This document shows positions 14,487-26,497 of a stretch of DNA of 64,000 nucleotides, one piece after another. Origin of the DNA: Vermamoeba vermiformis (taxonomy: Eukaryota); contig JBEWZL010000013.1 in the NCBI GenBank assembly GCA_045837725.1, positions 372,001 to 436,000 on the forward strand. Reading direction: 5' to 3'. The translations under genes and the position numbers were made by a program. The notes under the pieces are model-generated. The model searched no databases, was not told the origin of the DNA, and saw only the letters and a list, made by a program, of their open reading frames with translations. Positions within the stretch are counted from its first letter, which is position 1. Every line of letters begins with the position of its first letter.

Positions 14487-14757
14487 TCGCTTTGTTTATT
14501 AGGGCCGTTCACAACGGCTAAATTTTTTGTAATATTATTGTTCTGTTAAAAATAACCTAGATGCAGGCAGCATAATACATGTAATAGCATTCATGTTGCC
14601 AGCTTGTTTATAGGAATAAAATAATTCTAAATTGACCGCGCGTAAAGTCATCTGTATTTAACTCTAACATTTATTTTAACAAGCTTAAATAAGTTCATTT
14701 TGTACTTTTGAAGCACAACATTAATATGCACTCTATTCGGTGCTAATTAACGATAAA

Positions 14758-17138
14758 TTAGTTTTTCAAGACGTGGTTGGCAGTACCAGCGGCAGACTTA
14801 ATTTTGGCAACAATAATCTCGTCTGTAATCTCGTCCAGGCGGGTAGGATTGATGTCGACGTGATAAGGTGCGAACAGTTCCTTGACTGCACCAGAGTGGG
14901 TACCCAACACAGCACGTTGCATGCGGTTAATCTTTTCACCGACCCAGTTGACGAAGCAGAACTTGACAGTGACGGACTCGTCAATCTTTTCAGTGAATCG
15001 CAACAAACCGTAGCCAACATTCTCGTCCTTCAAGTGGCTGACAAACTCGCTCAAACCACCAGAGCCCTAATGACAACGAGTTAGAGTGCGATAGTGATAA
15101 CATGACACGTGTCAAAGTACTTACGGAGCCAACGAGCACGAGGGTCTTGGACTTAGGAGCGTCGTAAGAGACGAGAGCCCAGTTAGTGCCACTGTTGTCG
15201 TCGCGAACAGACTTGATGGCAGCACGAATACCAGCCTCGTCGGACAGAATAACATCGTCACGGCGTTCAGTGGGCACGCTAGGAACAACTGTCTTGCGCA
15301 CACCTGTCTCGGGGCGTTGGTGCAATTGTTTAGGAGCAACTTGAGCGTTAGTTTGTGCGGGCTGAGAAACACTCTCTGCTTGTTTGCGACCAACAACACG
15401 TTCAGAAGGAAGCTGTTGTGCACTAGTGTTAATCCTGCGGCTAATCAACAACAGGTATGTGGTACTTACAACTTGGTCGAGCACCTTGGACTTGGTGCCA
15501 CTAGTGCTCTTGATCAAGTTCTCAACAATTTCGTCTGAAATTTCATCTTGACGAGTGATGCTCAAATCAACGTGGTAAGGCTATAATCACGTGTTAATAC
15601 CGTGCTAGTCTAAATAAGTGATTGGACTTACAGCAAAGAACTCAGACATGGCTCCACGGTGAGTACCAATGCGGGCCTTTTGCATGCGAGGAATGGTCTC
15701 GCCAGTCCAGTGAATGTAGCAGAACTTGACGGTCTTGGACTCGTCAATTTGATCGATCTTGCGGACGAGACCGTAAGCAACAATATCGTCCTGTTAGCCA
15801 TTAATTATTAAGCACCAAATTATATTCAAAACAATCGATCGTACCTTGAGATGTGAGGCGAGTTCAGCAGCACCACCGTTGCCCTTGCCTAAGAAGACAA
15901 TGGCGTTTGAGTTGGAGCTCTCATAAGTGAACAAAATCCTAAATGACAATATTGGTTATTAAACACTATGAATACGGGCAGTAAAAGCCACGTCAAAAAA
16001 GAGATCCCCGATTGTGTTCATTTGTACTTTTCGATAATTAAGTCAATGTTAGATTGTTATTCGCGTACCAATCATCAGAGCTGTCAGCACTGCGCACAGA
16101 TTTGAGTTGAGCCTTCAATTCATCGACATTAGGGAAGCTGACTTGATCTGCGCTACCACCAACGGCACGACCTCCAGTAGCCTTGCCGACTTGAACAGAG
16201 GCACGCTTGTTCTATTTTAAGACCGTTAGTATGAATACAACACGGCTAAACTGTCGCATATTGAAGAGTTGCTAGACTGATCCAGCGTGGTGCGTCAATT
16301 TAATGGCGAAATACGCTCAATTAGTATTGCAATAGTATCCGTACCTCAGAGCCCAAGACACGAGAGCCAGATCCGCTAGTGTCCATAACTTTTTGAGTAA
16401 TAACATCTTGGGAAAGCTCGTCCAAGCTTGTAGCAGCAAAATCAACATGGAAGGGCTATTAAAATAAGATTTTAATTAATTGGGTAGCACAAGAATGCGT
16501 TTGAATGCGGATGCGTCAATTTAATTGAATTAAAATTTGGATCTTTCGATAAATCAAAAAGGAGCCACAAATATCAAACAAAAATATTTATACAGCTCTA
16601 TCACAAAATAGTAGCCACAATTTTGGTATATCTAATGCAAAAAGATTTTTCAATTTCAAACAAAAATCTTTGGTTGGCGAATAAATTAAATAAATCACCA
16701 ATAAATATATAGATGACTAATACTTACGCCCAAGAATTCCTTAAGAGTGGGCAAATGAATGCTGACTTTAGCCTTTTGCATACGAGGAGTATTATCACCA
16801 ACCCAGTGAACGAATACGAACTTGACGGTAGCGCTTTCGTCGATCTGATCCGTTTGTCTTAACAAGCAGTAGCCAACCAAGTCGTCCTTCAATTGGCTCT
16901 TGAGTTCTTCCAAACCTCCATCTCCTTTGCTCAAAACAGAAATAACACCGGCATCAGCACCAGACTTGCCCTTGTAAGTCAAAATGCACCTAATTTATAA
17001 AAATTTGTTAATTTATTATTATTTAGATTTTTCTAGCGGCAATAATTACCAGTTGGTCGAAGTCTTGTCAGATTTAACATCCTTAACGACTTCACGAGCT
17101 TCATTCTCGTTGTCGAATTTAACCAATGATTCGGCCAT
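14758..17138 (-). CDS. Coactosin-like actin-binding protein with three tandem ADF-H domains
   Basis: Three repeats of W-x-L/F-x-Y...G(x)GG..E...L.DD.V.YGL.R..(D/E).IDES.TVKF....W.G....RMQ.A...H...P(Y/F)HVD across the exons. Confidence 0.88.
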
Positions 17139-17582
17139 TATATATACTGTGTATTAGGTTGTAGTTGTGCTCTTGACGAACAGAAAAAGATTACAAATTA
17201 AAAATTATCTTCAGCTTCATTTTTGACCACAAGTCCAAAGCACAAATCTCTCGGAGCTCCGGAAATTAGATAACATGGTCAGTAGTATTCCTTTCTTTCA
17301 TAATTACCAGGGAGGTCAATGATAAGCGAAACCAAACCAGATCTTTGGATCGTCGATCTTGGCCTGTACAAGCCCTGAAAAGAATGTTCTCCGTTTTGAA
17401 AGTACTTTCTAGTTTATAAGAACAGCAATCTATAATGGTCTCTAAGTGTCAGGTTGGCGGGATTTCTTAGATTGATATTTTTGTCATTTATCCGTTACAC
17501 GAGCAAGATCAGCCACAAAAAGTTTTTTTTTTATATACTACAAGACGCAGTATAGAGCTACTGCAAATATACATAGCCTAAA

Positions 17583-20500
17583 ATGTCTATGTTTTTGCGC
17601 AAAAAGTGGCTCTTGCCGTCGATCACCAACAGCACTAAACCACACGAGCCTTCAGCTCAAATATTGCGAGTATGTATATTAATAGTGCATTTAATAATAT
17701 TGATGCAGCTATAATGTTATTTTATTGCTCGCGTACTGACTTTTAATTGCGATCGAGTTCTTTGACTTGCCTGGCGAGAAGGACGGCAACGCGTTCGTAC
17801 TACTATCAGACAAGTTTAATTCTATTGGCGCAGTACTCACTGTCAAGGCTTTGGCTGAGTTTAAGAAGTAAGAACCAAATTTATAATTAATTTGAAAAAA
17901 ATTCCTTTAATTCTGAAAATCGGAACATCATCATTTGTTGCTCTAAAATTGAGTCCCTATATATATCTCGCTTTTTTTAATTTTTCCTTGATTTTTGCGC
18001 GACAAACCAGATCAGAATAATTAATTCGATCCGTTACACGAGCCTAGCAAGCATTCACTAACGCTCGTATTAATATATAGGGACCACCCTGGCTTCACAG
18101 AGCTGCGTAACTTAAAAGGAGGCATTATAGCGCTGATCACTTATTGTTTCAAGCCAGACAAGAACTGGGAGAACTTCGTCATCGAAACTGACAAATTCAA
18201 TTACATCTGCAACAGTGAGCCAGTCGGCGATCCTATTTTAATCACTAACGAAGACGTTGAACAAGCCCTAAACGATTATAAGTATGCGCGTACTGGCCGA
18301 TCTGTCGAACATTCTGAACAAGTTCTAACGGTCTTATTACAGACGAGGAGGCAACGAAGATAATAACCCCAATAATTTTAGTCAAGGTAACATAACTCTA
18401 TTAAAAAGGACTCTAACAAATGAATGTAGCGAGCCAACTTGTCGAAATGGCAGATCTACTTTCTCAAGTTGACGTAAGGACAAAAAGATATCATCTTACT
18501 TCATATACTAACGAATCTTTAGGACTCAGTTAATCAATCGGTTAAACGGACTACGAAAAAAGCTGATCTGGACGAGGCAAGTTGACTTGAAACCGTACTA
18601 GTCCACCTGACATTCAATTAACTCGTTCTCGCAGATGGAACTCTCCGAGAGTGACTTTATCATTCCTGAAGATCAAAAGAAGCAACTTGATCGTATTCCT
18701 GGTACGTGCAACCTGTCTGACACGTGTCACTTGTAAACTTGTTGACATCAAATGCAGGCTGGGTCGATGAAGAACTGTCGCAGGCACCACCGAGCCAAGC
18801 AGCTTCTGTAAACACATCTTTACTGCCAACGGTTTCACAGAGTGTGCACAAATCAGTACGCTTGATATGATAGAGCTGCCATAGTATTGTTATCTAACGA
18901 TGTATTTTAAGCCTGCCAAAGTCCCGACAGAGTTCTATCGAGGACAACTACCGCTTCAGTTGGCAGTGGATGGTAGCATAGAAGATAGCGAGGAAGATAA
19001 CCAATCGAAAGATCAAGATCAAATGAACGTTGAAAAAGACGTACTCGGCGATGATCGTCCGCAACAGTCTAGCGAGGGTGCTGCTAATGCCAACAACAAC
19101 GATTCATCTCCGACTAAGGATAACTTGGCAAAAGTCGACGATACTTTCGACGACGAGACTCAAGGGCCTGAAGAAATGGCGAGCTATAACGTTCAAACGC
19201 AATCCTTGCCAATGACTTTGAGCACGGGTGACTTGGCGAAGTCGTCCGAGAAACCTGCTGAGCCTGCTCCTGCGAGTGAACCGAACAATGCAACACCCGC
19301 GAGTGAAACTCCAAAGAAAAAGAAAAAGAGTGGCTCTAAAAAGAAGAAAGCTGAAAAACCTCCATCTTCGGATGTAGAACCAGCTGAAACTTCCAGCCAA
19401 AAGTCAAACCGAAGTACACGCAGCAAAAAGAAAACGGCCAAGAATAGCTCGAGTGCGAGTACGAATGAGAACGCTGATACTGAGAAGACTAAAGAGAAAT
19501 CCAAAAGCAAGAAGAAGAGCGATAAAACGAAGGAAAGCACGAAAGATAAAGCAAAGGACAAGAACAAAGACAAGGCCAAAGACAAGACCAAGGATAAGGA
19601 CACTAAAGAGAAGAAGAAAAAGGATAAAACACCCAAAGAGAAGAAGAAGAAGAAAACATCAGCAGCAACTGACTCTTCGAGCGGCACTGTTAGCTCCACC
19701 AACACTAGTCTAGTGGCACCCGAACCAACTACTAGCCAAGAGGCACCACCTAAACCCGCGGAACAAGTAGAACAGCCTGCTGCTCAACCCACTGCCGAGC
19801 TTCCTGCTCCGACAACTACCGATGCGCCTAATAACGCACCAATTTTGATTCAAGAAACTGTCGTGTTACACGACCAGCCTGTTGAGGTGGACAAAGATCC
19901 GAACAAGATCTACGATGAGCAAAACCACTCAATCCCGAATCTGAATGACGACGATATGGACGCCATGATGATGAGTTTCCATCAAGAGCTCGAGTCAGCG
20001 TCACAGTTGGATCTTAATGCAGTCCCCGATTACATCGTCGATGTATCGCCTGAGAAGTCTTCGTACCCACTCATCAGAGACCTCGGCAGTCCATTGATCA
20101 CTTCCCACACCAGCTCTCAAGCACCGGCGTCACAACAAGCCGGATTCCACTTCGGTCATTCGAACCAAGAGTTTAGCTTGGGCATGCCCTCTGACGCTTC
20201 ATCGCAAGCACGAAATGTAGCGCCGAGTCAAGCCAGTGCAGATGTTGCCATCAACAATAACAACATGAACAATGCAAGTGAAGGCTCGGAAGACAACGCT
20301 GGAAAGTCTTCTTCGTCAATTAGTCAAGAGTTAATCAGTGGCACGATGCGAAACTTGCCGTCACCTGAAAAGGATCAATCTGAAACACCCGCTAAAGAGA
20401 AGCACTCGTTGTTGGAGGAAATGTTGATGAGTGATCCCGCTGAGGCCAACAACATCACAGATAGTCAAGCTGATAAGTACGTGATCCTGAGAGAAGAATT

Positions 20501-21933
20501 CTCAAGACAGAACTAACCTTTCTTGCAGTAACAACGAAGAAGAGTACTTTACACAGCACCCAGATCTGCTTGGTGACTCGGAGTCTCAATGGGAAGGCTC
20601 AAGAATCCCAGCGACACAAGGTGTTGTCCCTGTTGTGCCACAAAGCCAAGGTGATCTGCACTCTGAGTTCTTTTCTTCGAGCGACGATTCAGGCAAAGAC
20701 AAGCAAAGCCAGAACGCGGGACAGAACACGAATGCAATGGCTTCAGAGCCGAAGGATGCAAATGAAAACAATGTGAATGTAACTCCGACATCATCGCCTT
20801 CAGGTAGAAAAGACAGCATCTCGCCAAAAGCGCGAAGACACTTGGAGTTTAACCTCGACAAAGATGCACCTAGCTCACCGACCAAGTCACAGCCAGCTCC
20901 TTCGAGTCAAAAGTCTTCGACAAACAGATTCAAGTTCTCGCTGCCAAAAACATCCACCCTCCCGCAAAAGCGCATTAATTTATCTACACAACCGCAAACA
21001 CAGCTACCACGTGTCATTGCTACTTCGCCGCCAAAGTTTAAGCGCCCTGCTGCCAAATCTCCACCGAAGGAAAATGCTCCTGCACCATCCTCTGTGAATA
21101 ATAATAGCCCGACTAAGGCAGTGCATAACACGCAAGCCTCGACCGAGGCGCGACTAGAGAAGAGAATAGAGAAGGAGATTGAGAACCAAGTCGAGCAGGA
21201 AGTTAACATGGTCACTGACAACAACAACAGTGCTGACGATGACGACATTGGCCTCGAGATCACGAGTGAACAACGACCACCAGACCATGACTCACCTCCT
21301 CCTTTGATCCGTGTCAACTCCACAGATCTGCACGTAGACGAGTCTCGACAACAACGCGAGCGTTCACGAAGCAAGTCTCCTTCGCCCCAAGAGAGCAAGA
21401 GCAAGAGCAAAAGTCGCGAAGAGAAAGATGACAAGCTCAAGTACGTGATTGACTTGGAGGACTTGTCACCGCGCTTCTTCAACAAGACGAAGAAAGCCAC
21501 CGAGAACAACACGAACAAGGCGAGATCAAAGGAGCGTTCTGGCAGTGGCAGTGGGCCTTCGAGCCAAGAAACAACGGCTAGTCCCCAGAACAGGACACCA
21601 GTTGCTATTGTCAAGAAGACTGACAAGAAGTCACCCTCTCCAAACTCGCGGCCTGGCTCGTTAGGCGATCTGATCCGACAATCACGCCAGCAATCTTTGG
21701 CGTCAACTGATCCGACCATGGAGTTTGTCATTGGGTACTTTAAGGAGGTCACAAGTGAGCCCAAGCCTGCTCCAGCAAAAGGTCCGAAGTTCTCTTCCAA
21801 CACGAATAGCAACAGCAGCGGATCGAGTTCAACTGCCGGTGTAAAACGAAAGATCGATTACTATGGCTGGCTAGACTTGACATCCAATAAGAAGAGGAAG
21901 ATCGATAACAATGACAATAGGAAGAAGAAGTAG
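17583..21933 (+). CDS. Putative TPP1/Est3/Tpz1-like telomere OB-fold protein with very long disordered C-terminus
   Basis: N-terminal exons: KWLLPSI...AQILR|FF...VLLSDKFNSIGAVLTVKALAEF...LKGGIIALITY...NFVIETDKFNYI...VGDP, resembling the TPP1/Est3 OB fold. Then IIPEDQKKQLDRIPGW, followed by ~1000 aa of K/S/E/N-rich low complexity (ORFs 18900-20516 and 20635-21933). Confidence 0.65.
18577..18634 (+). other. GC-AG intron (donor AG|GCAAGT)
   Basis: Joins ADLDE to MELSESDFIIPEDQ in phase 0. Confidence 0.7.
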
Positions 21934-22127
21934 ATAGTGCGGCTTTTGTATTCATATTATATCAGTGTAAATATAGTACATAGAAAAAAAGGGCCACGTG
22001 ATTTGTCATGTGGTCCTGTTGTAAGTAAAAACTAAACTTTGTTATTAGCATTATAATTGCTTTGTTTGATGCGTACATAATACTAAGAATAAGTCATTAC
22101 AAACTTAAGTAGAAACAAACCTACAGC

Positions 22128-23709
22128 ATGATCCGGCAAACCATTCATTCCATTCAAAAGAAATTACACGTTGTAGCAGCAAATATTTCTACTACGCAAA
22201 AGAAACGATTGCTTTCAAGCTCATTTTTGTCTAGGAAGTAAGCCTACTATAAAATATAGATAAAATATCTCAAATAATTATTTAAAAATCCTCCTTCAGT
22301 TTTTCATCGTCCCTTATGAATTCCTGCATTTATTTTAGGCATTTATAATTTAAAATAATGGGCTGATTTTTTTTTATGACAGACGTCACGAGATCTATGC
22401 TTGGGGTGATGCCACGCATGGACAAATTGGCAACGGTATTCCCCATGGTGCTGTAGGCATACCGTCACTGGTAGAAGAACTTGCAGCGGACTTACGATTC
22501 GGATCTATCGGCACTGGTCAATTTCATAGTATGGCTATTACAGGTACTCCAGTCACTATCCCAATTTCATTACAATGCTTCAAATACTTATGAAATCAAT
22601 AGAACAAGGTCATTTATATAGCTGGGGACGTGCAGGCTTTCAAGACGAGTCCCCCGACAAGTCACTAACTTCAGTCACGCCATTGCACATCAAAGGACCG
22701 TGGAACGACGAGGCTATAGTTAGCGCTAGTGGAGGTCGAGCGCATACCACTGTTGTGTCCAAAAAAGGAAAAGTTTATTCGTGGGGCAACGGGCATAACT
22801 TCCAACTCGGCCACGGGGACGGCAAAGATCAATCTGTGCCTAAATTAGTCGAGGCTTTATTGGGTCAACAAGCAGTCAAAATTAGTTCCGGTTGGGGCCA
22901 CAATCTAATATTGACAGCTGACGGCAATGTGTGGTCGTGGGGCTGGAATCAAGATGGTCAATTAGGCATTGGCTCCACCGAACATAGTGCTGTACCGCGT
23001 CAAGTACCTGGTTTGACAGCTGTCAAAGTGATTGACATCGCTGCTGGTAGTGACCACTCGCTGTTGCTGACATGTAAGTCCTATTCTCAATGCTAAACAC
23101 GTTGCTCACATGTTCGAAATGGTAGCTGAAGGCACAGTCATTGCGTTTGGTCTCGGTGAAATGGGCCAATTAGGGCGTGGCAACAAAGACACGTCAACTG
23201 GGCCAGTGCTCGTTCAATTCCCTCAAAACGTCAAAATAACTTCCATCGCCGCTGGCTTTGCGCATTGTCTTGCCATATCGGGTACGTTTACCATCCTTAT
23301 TTTTAATGAATCTAATTCTGTGCCTTTCAGATAAAGGCGAGCTGTACACTTGGGGCTGGAACAGTGACGGGCAACTAGGTCTCGATGACACGGAAGACCG
23401 TACAACACCGACAGTCATTCCCATGGAGCACAAAACCAAGCTCATCTCTTGTGGCCGAGTCAATTCGCTGTGCTACACTGGTGAGTATAGTAACTCTATT
23501 GTCAGCTCAATAACAGAACTAATGTGCTCGTGTCAGATGCCAATTTATTGTACAGTTGGGGCTCGGCACAAAGTGGTCGATTAGGCACAGGATCACGTGC
23601 TCATCAACTTACACCTGACATTGTCGAGGACTTGAGTCAGCCTGAGCTGAAAGTTCTTGCTCTCAGTTGTGGCTTGGATCACGTGCTCGCGTTGGTCGAA
23701 CGAGAATAA
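22128..23709 (+). CDS. RCC1-repeat beta-propeller protein, possible mitochondrial presequence
   Basis: About 7 repeats of (Y/W)(S/A/T)WG.(N)..GQLG.G...P......V..I(S/A).G..H; basic, acid-free N-terminal exon. Confidence 0.88.
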
Positions 23710-23727
23710 ACCACGTGCTCGGCTGTT

Positions 23728-24803
23728 TTACTCTCTGCGCATGGCGTGCAAGTATTGACACGTGTCACCTTTGTTGCACATTTGTTGCAGCCAGTGCTTG
23801 CATAATAACGCTACTTTCTTTTCTCCGCCTTGCAGAAACTCGTTGACTTGTTGTTGATTATTAGCGTATCGATTTAAACTTTCGTAGTCGGTTGTTACAT
23901 TCGGATCTTCGACTTCTTCCTCTTCTTCATTGTCTTCAAACAACAGCTGATCCTCTTCTGTCAATTTCGGATACAAAATATACCACGTATTTCTGTTTTG
24001 ACGCATTGGGTTTGGCACGTGCCAGGGCATACCATCACTATCCAAATAAGGCAATATCTGTTCCTCATCGATGAACTTGAGACCCTCGTCGATTCTATTT
24101 TGGTAAAATCTCGGCGGCTTTTTATCTATGGTCAGGCCAAGTGTGTGAACTTGACCCATCACTTGTTTCACCGTGCCCAAAAATGTCGCTGACAGTGATT
24201 TATCGTGCACTTGCTTGGCGATTCTCAACACATTCTCTAACGTAATATCTCCTACTTTCTTAACTATCGAAAAACTGTTATTACGGTGTCAAACCAGATC
24301 TTGATCCTTACCTTCAGGGGACTCCCATCGTCCTCTAGTAATTGCGTGGTTTCCTAATGACATTTTGACACATCCTTTGTCCTTGCGAGATTTGATTCTT
24401 ACGGAAGAAGCCCGAACGATCATTTGAGCGGTTGTTGGAATCACTTTAACTTTCGCTAATTTGTCTTGCTTCGTGGCATAAAATATAAGGTCAACTTTGT
24501 AGTCTAGCCAAGGTAAAGTTAACTCTGCTAAATACGCCGTTGGAACTTTGCGCTAAATTGTTAATTAGAAACGTAGTTTAATTTAAACAGAATTGACAGA
24601 ATCTTACCACAATTTTGAAAACTAATTCTGATGGTAACTGATGGATGCGAGTGTACATAAATGTGTCTGCGATACTAAAATATCGCTGCCTGCCTCCGTA
24701 GACACGCACCTTCCCTACAGATCCGGTTGTTAGGTGTCAATGCCGTTTAAACTTAGGACTGTTAAAATTTACCAGATATTATTTGTTCATTTGTGTTCTC
24801 CAT
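23728..24803 (-). CDS. Divergent RPL12 (uL11)-like protein fused to an acidic linker and a C-terminal CCCH zinc finger
   Basis: KVRVYGG, AKVKVIPTTAQMIVRA and GDITLENVLRIAKQVHDKSLSATFLGTVKQVMG...IDKKPP...IDEG align by eye to eukaryotic RPL12. Ends with CKHWLQQMCNKGDTCQYLH (C-x7-C-x5-C-x3-H). Four exons. Confidence 0.72.
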
Positions 24804-24940
24804 CGTGGGGCTCGTTTAAAATGAACATCAAACAAAAAAGTGTCTTCGATCCAAATCCGCTGACACGTGTTCTACGATATTTCTCTTACCTAAAACGCCT
24901 TTATTTACATCATTATACTATCTATATTACATTATTATCA

Positions 24941-25819
24941 TTAGTTTGTGTCTGCTGACAATTTGAGTGCTGCTACAGCTTCGGCAATCCCGGCAAAAGC
25001 ATTTTCACCCTGGATCTTCTTGTTGAGTCCCTTCGGCCACAGGGTGTTATATTTAATAATCATCATAGCCTCGCAGTAGTCAGTCACGGCCTCTATTAAA
25101 TTTTGTTCTTCCGGTGGAACAGATCCGCTCGGTGTGCTCTCCATCAAAGCGACAAGTGACTCCTTCTCACGGCCAAACTGATCTTGAACAGCTTGTGCGG
25201 GAATGGATTCTAAGACACTTGATATAGAAATCAAGCTTAAATTCCATTCGCTCATCTGCGTGACTGTGAACGATTTTTCGAGCAGTCCGTCGCACTTGGC
25301 TTGTTGGAACTGAAAATTAATGTGGTTCTTGGTGCGAATAGCCACGTTGCTGGCTGAAGTTAATTTAGCTTGCCCGACGTAGTGGAACACAGGTACGGTC
25401 TTATGTTGCCAATAATACAAGCACGCGCGATGTTTTTGTTCAGATTTGCCGTCGATCGAGCGTCGGATCATCTCCGAGGAATCCCAGTCACGTGCCATCA
25501 TGCCGCGGACATAGGCCGTGCTAGACCCTTCGAAGCACAACTGCGTTATATGCGGTAACTGCAAGAACGCGCTCGGAATGCGAGACCACATCTGACCCTC
25601 GCTGATGAGCAACAACTTGAACTTGGTATAGTGGGCGAGATTATCAAAGGTCTTAGCGGTTTTCTCGAGCGAAGCAGTATCTGAATTGAGTGCTAATGAT
25701 AGGAGCATACGATCGAGTTCTTGGGCACCGTTTGTATTGGCTGAAGATCCGGATGCAGATGCATCCGCGGGAAGAGCTACTAACTTCTCTGCTGAGTCGG
25801 ATTTTACTGGATCACTCAT
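24941..25819 (-). CDS. Intronless hypothetical protein, 292 aa
   Basis: Long ATG-initiated open frame with coding-like composition; no family recognised. Confidence 0.7.
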   Translation of the reverse strand: MSDPVKSDSAEKLVALPADASASGSSANTNGAQELDRMLLSLALNSDTASLEKTAKTFDNLAHYTKFKLLLISEGQMWSRIPSAFLQLPHITQLCFEGSSTAYVRGMMARDWDSSEMIRRSIDGKSEQKHRACLYYWQHKTVPVFHYVGQAKLTSASNVAIRTKNHINFQFQQAKCDGLLEKSFTVTQMSEWNLSLISISSVLESIPAQAVQDQFGREKESLVALMESTPSGSVPPEEQNLIEAVTDYCEAMMIIKYNTLWPKGLNKKIQGENAFAGIAEAVAALKLSADTN

Positions 25820-26497
25820 ATTGAATCAATAGGGTCTATAAGTAATAAGATTAGAAGATGTCCGATAGAACACTGAATAAGAGAATCTGATGTTAAAAAC
25901 AAAAAAGAATATCCCTCTCAAGCGAACGAGAGTCCTCATGATATAAGAAGATCCCGTTTAGAAGAAAGGTTAATGATAATTTGCAAATTAATGGCCATTT
26001 GTCAAAGAATTAGATGCGATCAATGCAAAGAATTAATTTTAAAAATTGTGATTAATTGACTACCGCCATCTAAATATGCCTTTAATGTATATTTAACAAG
26101 ATAAGTTGGAAAAATATTCTAGAAAAATACCTTGTAGGTGGTATCGTCCTGGAGCACCAACTCTTGCTCACCATCCGTTCGTACGCCAACACTAGCCTAC
26201 TTATATCAATTAATAGACACTAGCAGTTGTGTTTGTGTTAACACGAATGAGGACTTGTGAAGAATAACTAAATCGCAGCCCAGAAGAAATGGCCTAAAAA
26301 AATTGGCCTGTATTTTTACCGAAGGAATTCTACTTGACTTCGATTGTCTCGTGCAAGTCGCTTCAACTGCACGGTACTATGATCAAAGTCGCGGGTGTAT
26401 AGAACGACACTTTAAAGGGTTTTGGGGTTTTTTTGGGGGGGGGTTATATTTAGGTTCTAAACTGTTTATTCTGCTGTACATTTCTACGAGGCTCTAT

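Noticed and set aside
19193-21812. Long hydrophobic antisense ORFs (19193-19705, 20907-21812)
   Set aside because: Mirror images of K/E/S-rich sense coding sequence.
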